This document shows positions 55,429-64,000 of a stretch of 64,000 nt of DNA, piece after piece (the stretch's first letter is position 1; every line of letters begins with the position of its first letter). The notes under the pieces were generated by a model. That model searched no databases and had not been told where the DNA came from. It saw only the letters and a list, made by a program, of their open reading frames with translations. The stretch lies in assembly GCA_951406725.2 (NCBI GenBank), contig OX597832.1, forward strand, positions 68,014,001-68,078,000. The letters are read 5' to 3'. The DNA is from Octopus vulgaris (lineage: Eukaryota). Position numbers and translations under genes: made by a program.

Positions 55429-55767
55429 GTGCAGGAATAGGTCAGATAAAATCCGGGCCACATGTGTATCATGGCGAGCGGAAGTTCGGAAGCGGCAAAT
55501 ATCCAAGCGAGATGTATACAACAGGCTATTCTTCAGGCCAGCGGTATATTGATTATATTGTCGCACACGGAAGATTCAATCAAAAAGAATGCTTAGAGAG
55601 CAGATTTTGAGTGGAAAATATATATTATGAAGAGAAAGGAGTATAAGAACAAAATAAGAAAGAATAAAAAGTAATTAATATTAAGGGAACGGGAGAGTTA
55701 CAAGTAAAGAATTTAAGCAAGATCATTTCACAGGTGATTTTCAAAAGTATGTTGTTAGGTAGATAGG

Positions 55768-55818
<51 letters not shown>

Positions 55819-56353
55819 CTAGATATTTGCATGAATGTGGATATTTCTTGTATTTGTGTGCATCCAGTGCCAAAAAGTGCTATCACAAAACAGGTTGAAC
55901 CTCTAGTCACCCATGGCAAAGCGCCAACGTCCAATCAGCTATGCCGACTTATCCTCTCATACCAAGGAAGGAATGCTTATATCAGTGCACGAAGCAAAAA
56001 ATATGAGAACGAACTGCAAGCCCTGATCACGTGGAAAAATAAGTAAATCTTTGATAACGTAACAAAATGGAGGTTAAAATTTCAAATTGTGTTTGTAACG
56101 TCGAAGCAAATCTCATTCCTTCAGCTCCATAATGATAGGAGACAACATAATCCTACATCATTCGATTCATAATTGAAAAATATGATATTTTATGCACATT
56201 AACTGTCAGATCTAGAGTTTTGAATGATAGAATAACAGAAAAGAAAGCGGAGAACTCATACGAAAAAGGTAACAGCAAAACCTGATGAAACAGCTGAAAC
56301 AAAAACATAGTCGTCTATTTCATACAATACATACACACACATAAATAAATACA

Positions 56354-56443
<90 letters not shown>

Positions 56444-57008
56444 CATATATATATATATGTATATATATACATATATATACATATATGTATATATATAAAT
56501 ATATATATATTATATTTACATAATATATACACATAATTTATAAATATACATACACACGATATATATATATGTATATATATCTTTATATATATTCGCAATA
56601 TATACATACAATGTATATACACATATTGTATATGTGTCTATATATATATGATATATGTATCATATATATACGCATATATATACACCATAATTATGTATGT
56701 ATATACACTCTGATAGAGATTTCTCTTTGATATACAAATTATTGCTATTTTACACCAGCTCTAATAGCCATAGCCTGACAATTATTATTCAGTCTAAAAC
56801 TTTCCTTTATCACAACGATAATAAAAATGAATAAATAAATTAAAAACTACGAATTAAAAAGAAAATTTGCTATATTACTGAATATAAATCTAAAAAATAT
56901 GAAAATATTCTTCAATTCATTGATGTTACCAAACAATTTACGTATTCATAAAGTCAAATACCACACAAAGAAAATGCTATAAAACGATTTTATTTTTTAT
57001 CAAAGAAC

Positions 57009-57085
<77 letters not shown>

Positions 57086-57294
57086 TGATATATATATATA
57101 CACGCACATATATGTGTGCACATGTGTGTTAATGTATATATTATGTATATCTGTATCTATATATATGAATATATATATGCGTATATATGTATACACACGC
57201 GCACTCTATATATGTATATATAGACAGACACATTTTTGTATATATGAATATATATATATGTATACATACGTATATACATATACGTACTTATATA

Positions 57295-57364
<70 letters not shown>

Positions 57365-57954
57365 ACTTTGTGTCCGGGCGATGTAAATGCATATATGTCT
57401 GTGTGTGTGACCATTTGTGCATATACGTGAGTATGTATATATCTGTGTGTTTTCGTCTCTATTTGCCCGTACGTATGTCTGCAGCGTACGTACAATAAAC
57501 ACTTTGTAATCATCAGCTCATATTTATTTAGTTCATTCTTCTTTTAATAACGATAATGTATAAAGTATTATTGTATAGTTGCTCTTCTTTGTGTTGCTGA
57601 AATATGTAAATACTGTAATAATTGTTTGCAATTCATTCTTTCTGGTCCAGAGGGAGAAAGGGAGGAGGCGTATGAGTATTATAATCGTGGTTTTGTTTTA
57701 TATCAATTTTTTTCCACAAATATTAAGCTGACGATAGAGAGCGAACAATGCTTACTAAGCTTCATGAATTCCTTTAGGAGTTCTAAGACTCAACACTTAG
57801 AGATCCGCAAGGTTGTTGACTATGTAACCTACTAGGAATAGCACTAGATTCACGGAAGGATACATTGGATAATGTTATCAGGGGTTACGTTTAAAATAAG
57901 ATGGTGGTGTAACTGTTGAAATAATAGGATTGTTTGTTAATAATAATATTATTT

Positions 57955-58620
57955 TTTTTATTGCCCGCAAGGGGCTAAATATAGCGGGGACAAACAAGGA
58001 CAGGCAAAGGGATTAAGTCGACTATATCGACCCCAGTGCGTAACTGGTACTTATTTAATCGACTCCGAAAAAAAATCAAAGGCAAATTCGACCTCGGCGG
58101 AATTTGAACTCCGAACGTAGCGGCAGACGAAATACCTATTTCTTTACTACCCACAAGGGGCTACACACAGACGTGACAAACAAGGACAGACAAACGCATT
58201 AAGTCGATTATATCGACCCAATTGCATAACCGGTACTTATCTAATCGACCCCGAAAGAGTGAAAGGCAAAGTCGATCTCGGCGGAATTGGAACTCAGAAC
58301 GTAGCGGCAGACGAAATTCCGCTAAGCATTTCGCCCGGCGTGCTAAGGACGATGTGAGCTCGCCGCCTTCGGCAGACAAAGTACCTGTTTCTTTACTACT
58401 CACAAGGGACTAAACACAGAGAGGACAAACAACGACAGACAAACGGATTAAGTCGATTATATCGACCCCAGTGGGTAACTGGTACTTATTTAATCGACCA
58501 CGAAAGGATGAAAGTCAAAGTCGACCTCGGCGGAATTTGAACTCAGAACGTAGCGACAGACGAAATACTGCTAAGCATTTCTCCCGGCGTGCTAACGATC
58601 CTGTCAGCTCGCCGCCGCTG
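57955..58620 (-). mobile_element. Three tandem SINE family B units
   Basis: Units at ~58381-58617, ~58135-58369 and a headless ~57955-58134. Confidence 0.85.
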
Positions 58621-58904
58621 CCTAATAATGATAACAACAACAATGTTTGCTAAGAGCTGTCCCGTGATTAAACAACAGAAACAAGAAAATCATTAATGAC
58701 GTATTTGGTTCCTGTGTTGATGTTTTTCGTTATATTTCTGTGTCATGAAACGAAAAATATACGCGGGTATTTTTACCTCATGTGTACAATACATTACGGG
58801 AAACACGCGCTCAGTAGATCAGACCCTGCGCCATACACTCTTAAAAAGTGTAGCTCACACACACACTGGCGTACAATCGCAGAAAATCACAATCTCACAT
58901 AAAT

Positions 58905-59112
58905 ATCGGTTTCAAACTTTGGCACAAGGCCAGTAATTTCGGAGGGCGGGTTGAAGTTGATTACATCAGAACCGGTACTCAAATGCTACTTATTTTAGCG
59001 ACAACGAAATGGGGGTCGATCTCGGTGGAATATGAACTCAGAACTTAAAAACGAACGAAATACTGCTAAGCATTTTAGCTGACGTGCTAACGACTCTGCC
59101 AGCTCGCTGCCT
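58905..59112 (-). mobile_element. SINE family B
   Basis: Reverse strand AGGCAGCGAGCTGGCAGAGTCGTTAGCACG..GGCCTTGTGCCAAAGTTTGAAACC. Confidence 0.75.
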
Positions 59113-59581
59113 TCAGTTACACGTAAATCTTAGCAATAAGAAAATTTGGGGGAGATCTGAAAAGCAGAAAGTGTTCATAGAAGAGCCACCCACACAGGCC
59201 CTATACAAGTGTTTCGACCTTTGATTCTTTATAGATTTGGAGAGTTATTGAAAAGGAGACTAACGAAAATCCTCAAAATACCATAGCTTCACTTAAGACA
59301 TCCAATGGCCAGGCGATATCCGAAAGGAATAAGGTTCATTTAGTGCAGGGATAGAAATGATTTCAGAAGCAGTCATTGAAGTGGAAAGCGGATTCAGAGC
59401 ATAAACTTCTGAGGAAACATATCAACAGGTCCTACTCAAATATTTCTTAAAATCGATTGATTTTTGCGAGATTAGTGATTTTCGAGTAAATAACCAAATA
59501 TTTCCTCAAACACATCTCACACTATGTGAGTGTGAATGTGTGTATGTATAAAAGAGTAATAACTGCAGATGTAACACTCAC

Positions 59582-59747
59582 CTATTTCAGCACCAACTGT
59601 GACTAACGCTAATTGCTTTGCCTCTCTCTGACTGACACTGCTCCTGCTGGAACTGCTAGCGGAATAGGTACGGCTTGAAGAGGTGGACGATGAAGAAGAG
59701 GAACTGCGCCACAGTACTCCTGTTGGGCTTGGAATAGGTAAGTTGGC
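59582..59747 (-). CDS. Candidate internal coding exon of an unidentified host gene (Ser-rich)
   Basis: Minus strand shows a branch-like CTAAT, a pyrimidine tract, acceptor TTAACAG and donor AG|GTGAGT. 166 bp; only one frame is open: ANLPIPSPTGVLWRSSSSSSSTSSSRTYSASSSSRSSVSQREAKQLALVTVGAEI. Confidence 0.5.
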
Positions 59748-60192
59748 CTGTTAATCGTAATGGAGGAAGTGATAATGAGATTAGTAGAGCTAAATAAGAA
59801 ATTGGTTAATCAACGTGTACAGCTTCTCAACATATAACTATTTTCAATCATCTTACTCCTCTCTATTTCATTCACTTTCTTTCTCGCTCGCGCGCTTTTA
59901 CTCTATTCAACATACGGCATAATATGTCATCATCATTAACAAAACAATCCCACAAGCATTATCACAACCACTCCTAACAAAAACCTTCCCTTCTCCCCTC
60001 CTCTCCCTAACAATATTTCTAAACTGCTTCCACAACCAGTAACAATAACGACAGCAACAGCACTGTAGTTGAGAAACAGCTATTTTCTAACCCAGATTCT
60101 ATGCTCTTTCATTAGAATTTAAACATTACCTGGGTAATGCATTGGCTACATGCCGTATACAGAGCAATTCCATACCCTTTTTATTTAATTCT

Positions 60193-60229
<37 letters not shown>

Positions 60230-60269
60230 TCCATCCATCCATCCATCCATCCATCCATCCATCCATCCC

Positions 60270-60327
<58 letters not shown>

Positions 60328-60579
60328 AGTCTGTCTGTACCTGTCTATCTGATTATAGCTCTCACATTATGACATTATCACAGAGAAACATATTGTAACA
60401 GTAAACTGAAAGAGAACCTGGTTTCTAACGATGATTCAATGCACCTTTGTTACAATGCAAGATAACAGAAATAAATTCACAGGTTAAACTCCTTAAAAGT
60501 CTTGCATATTTTAACTGTTCCACAAACAGATTATATTTGCACTGTGCAAATTAGCTGCACGATTTGATTTTTTCTGGAG

Positions 60580-60795
60580 ACCCTAGGCATTTATTTACAA
60601 ATCCAAGTGCAGCAAGTATTATTGGTATAAATGTAAATGAATAATTTGTATATAGAAGGTTTCGAAGCAAAGGTTCATAGTTATCATCTTTGTGTTTGAT
60701 TTTCAAAGGTACATTCACATCAGCGAGGCATGTGACATCTATGACCCTACATACCTTTTTGTATCTATCCAAATCAACAATATTAGATATTGTGT
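60580..60795 (-). mobile_element. R4/Dong-like non-LTR retrotransposon RLE remnant
   Basis: NIVDLDRYKKVCRVIDVTCLADVNV..K..KDDNYEPL..PIILAALGFV fits the R4-type RLE pattern. Confidence 0.65.
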
Positions 60796-60884
60796 GTACG
60801 TCTGTGTGAGTAACACGTGTGAATATATACGTATGTGATATATATATATGTGTGTGTGTGTGTGTGACATATATATATATATAC

Positions 60885-60914
<30 letters not shown>

Positions 60915-60917
<3 letters not shown>

Positions 60918-61668
60918 ACCATGGAATCCCACCTTATTAATAAATAAAGACGACTTCTAAACACATCCCCCTAACACGAACCCACAACAAACACACTTAC
61001 ACCTGCACACACCCTACACACACTTTTACCCAGATGTTAACACCATGACATACGCAAATATATGGTTCCACACATACACATAATTTGATACGGGAGCAAA
61101 ACATCCAACACTATTTTTGGGAAATGACTGTAAATATTGACTTCACACAAACACGTTGCTTCCCGATACAGGCACAAGGCCAGCAGAACTATAAATATTG
61201 AAAATTGTACCCACACACGCACACATATATATACACGCGCGCGCCCCAACATACATATAAACACACACACACACACACGCGCGCACACATATATACTTAT
61301 AGCTCTTCCTGTCCTAAACGAACTTACTTATCCAGCTCAAATTCAGTCAAGCGGAAAATACACTCCTTAACAACGCGCTAAAAAGCTATTTAAAATATCC
61401 ACATTACGTCTACTGACCAGCCTGAACAATAATAATTTTCAACAACGCTATTTTCGAAAACTCCATACACCACCCACACCAACATTTATTCTAAACATTC
61501 ACGTGACCTCTATATTATGACCACATCTACGTGACCTCTTTATTATGACCAATAAGAAATTTTAGGCGCGACACTAGCAAAATTTTAACATCTCTGGAGC
61601 CTATTTTCTTACCCCAACACCAACTTCCATTCAAACATTCACGTGATCCCTTTATAATGACCAATCAA
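60915..61668 (+). mobile_element. PLE remnant (last GIY-YIG codons + 3' UTR)
   Basis: MESHLINK*RRLLN resembles the end of the 14585 GIY-YIG (FITKYRPLLN); followed by CA-rich UTR-like sequence. Confidence 0.4.
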
Positions 61669-63355
61669 TAGACATGGTGCCGAGCCCATTAAGAAATGCA
61701 ATTTCAAAAACGAAAGCTCCTGTCCGTTAGAAGGGAAATGTCTAGTGAAAGGAGTAGTTTATAGAGCCAAGGTGCAAGTGGAAGGCTCATCGGAATACAA
61801 GACATACACAGGGGCTTCAGAAAATTCATTTAAAACAAGATTTTATTCTCATAAAAATTCATTTAAATACCCAGAGAATAGGAAGCGGACCAGCCTAGCA
61901 AAATATGTCTGGGAACTAAAAGAAAAGGAAGCCCCACCTTTCAACGTGACATGGAGCATTCTGGACAGGGCGGCACCATACAGGCATGGAGCATACAAAA
62001 ATAATTTCAAGTGCAAACTTTGTCTATTAGAGAAAATGTACATCTTATTCAAAGACAATAATTCTTTGAATCAAAGAAGTGAGCTAATGAACTTATGTAG
62101 GCACGCGGCTAAATTTAAAATGTCGAATATAAATATACCATATGGATAGAGTATATATTTTGTATTTTTGATTTTTGAAATTTTGATTTTGACTCTTGAA
62201 CGATGAGCGCTACGATGGATTTTGTTTCCAAGCTATGCGGATCTTAATCCGTATAGCAAAGTCTTATGTTTCTACATATACATTAGGAAAAACCTTCGAC
62301 TTTGTTTTCATGTTATTGTATTGTATAGGATTACCTTGATTATTTATATTACCTTGATTATTTATAAATGATCCAAAATAGGGTGTTATATTTTATTTTA
62401 TATGTCTTTCGTATATATTTTTATTAATGCACCCATTTTTTTAAAAAAAAGCAATGTTGTCAAAATTAGAATGTTGATATAAGTATGTGTATAGCCAAGG
62501 ATATGTATTTGTAAGCATGCGTATCTGTGTATGTGTAAGTGAGAGTATATTTGTGCTTAAGTACACATATACACGACTGTATGTATATGTATCCGTTCGA
62601 ACTTGTGTTTGTATACTTGTCTCCATATATGCCAATAATGCCGTTACACAGCTTGTATACATAATTTTTTCTTATTTCGTTTTTTTCCCCACCCCTCCTT
62701 CGTTCCTTTTTCTCTCTCTTCCTTTCTTTCGCCCCCCCTTACTCAGTATATGAGAATCGCTACATAGATGATTTTTAACTTGCGTGCGAGATGGTTTGCG
62801 TGAATATATGTACACATGCATTTATGTGTATATTTAGATTTATATTCATACGTCTGTATATGTATGGCGTTTGCGCGCATCCTTTTCTGTATGTTGATAT
62901 ATATATGTACATTTTAATATAAATATGTATTGCAGTGTAATATTTATAACAGGTTTAATTTCTATGAATTAATTTATACTTTCTTCATTAACGTCAATAT
63001 GTATTTTATTCAATGTAAGGTTTTTTCCTCGGATTTTATAATTTTTATAAGTTTTTTATATATATTTACATATATTTTTGACCTTTTGTTTATCGCTCGA
63101 AGATTGACCGTTTTTTCTAAAGGGTCAATCAAACAAGTCCATTTCTTTTTAAAGGTGTAGCGTTTGTAAGAGTCTAGATTGAATTGATATATCGGTTCCA
63201 TTCTAGCAAAAACTGTCTGATGAACGGCAACGAGAAACTCAGAGTAACAGATTTTGTTGAATTTTCTGCTGCTTAAAATAAAGCATATTACTCTACCACT
63301 GGTATTTGAGTACTCTTTTTTCCACCTTGTTTCACATTTATGTGTTTACTCCGGT
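61669..63355 (+). mobile_element. Second, diverged 5'-truncated copy of the Naiad-like Penelope element
   Basis: Open GIY-YIG frame ending at 62149. The 3' UTR is homologous to 54059-55137 and ends TTACTCCGG(TA)n like 51115. Confidence 0.9.
63213..63250 (+). ncRNA. Type I hammerhead in Penelope pLTR
   Basis: Identical to 55068-55105 although the surrounding UTR has diverged. Confidence 0.8.
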
Positions 63356-63479
63356 ATATATACATATATACATATATATACATATATACATATATATACA
63401 TATATACATATATATGCATATATACATATATATACATATATATATACATATATACATATATATATATATACATATTTAC

Positions 63480-63514
<35 letters not shown>

Positions 63515-63545
63515 TACATATACATATATATATATATATATACAT

Positions 63546-63590
<45 letters not shown>

Positions 63591-64000
63591 TTTATAAAAG
63601 AGGATAAGGATAAAAATCACGTTAATGATTTTTATTAAGTAGTCAGCATACTATAAAAATTTATTGGCAATTAATGCATTAAATTAGTAATACTGTAAAT
63701 ATGTATATAATTATATCAAGGGAGCTAGGGCAAAAATGACCTGTCCCCAGCATGCTTGAAGTGCCGATACCTTAAAGAAATATCAAAAACTCCAGCTAAA
63801 TATATACACGGCTGAGAGCGGGCTAATGAGAGAAAATTTAAAAGACCTCACTTTAAATGTAAATTAGTGCCAATTTCTGGATTAAAGCAAAAATTAAGCT
63901 TTCTTAGGACGGTATGCACATTTATTTGGGGTCACATTCACCCCCAGCCCCGTGTATTGTGCTGACAAAGGAAGAAAGCTTTTTTTGCTTTAATCTAGAA

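Noticed and set aside
56277-56316. CTGATGA..GAAAC..GTC hammerhead-like match
   Set aside because: Stems I-III are poorly paired; likely chance or too decayed to call.
63720-63952. Possible MITE with degenerate inverted ends
   Set aside because: Terminal similarity is too weak and no TSD is identifiable.

Overview
Eukaryotic, AT-rich, microsatellite-saturated DNA; the SINE families suggest an octopus genome (inference). The window is almost entirely intronic or intergenic: one plausible host exon (59582-59747, minus strand) and no complete gene. Most ORF-track entries are microsatellite artefacts. It is dense in retroelements. There are at least six Penelope-like element (PLE) pieces, including a young Naiad-like RT/GIY-YIG ORF (52812-54058) inside a ~1.6 kb inverted duplication. 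Also present: a CR1/L2-type LINE, HERO-like and R4-like RLE remnants, many tRNA-derived SINEs, a non-autonomous Helitron and DNA-transposon relics. The main observation is a non-coding 559-bp tandem array (18981-22177; four units plus an inverted 1.6 units). Every unit carries a type I hammerhead ribozyme with a palindromic stem III, so it is a retrozyme-like system predicted to release ~559-nt, possibly circular, RNAs. About 19 hammerhead or hammerhead-like motifs of several families occur in the window, including U3-A8 core variants. Several independent hammerhead-bearing insertions share one fold-back architecture, with 5' ends joined and both 3' ends running into TA-rich sequence.
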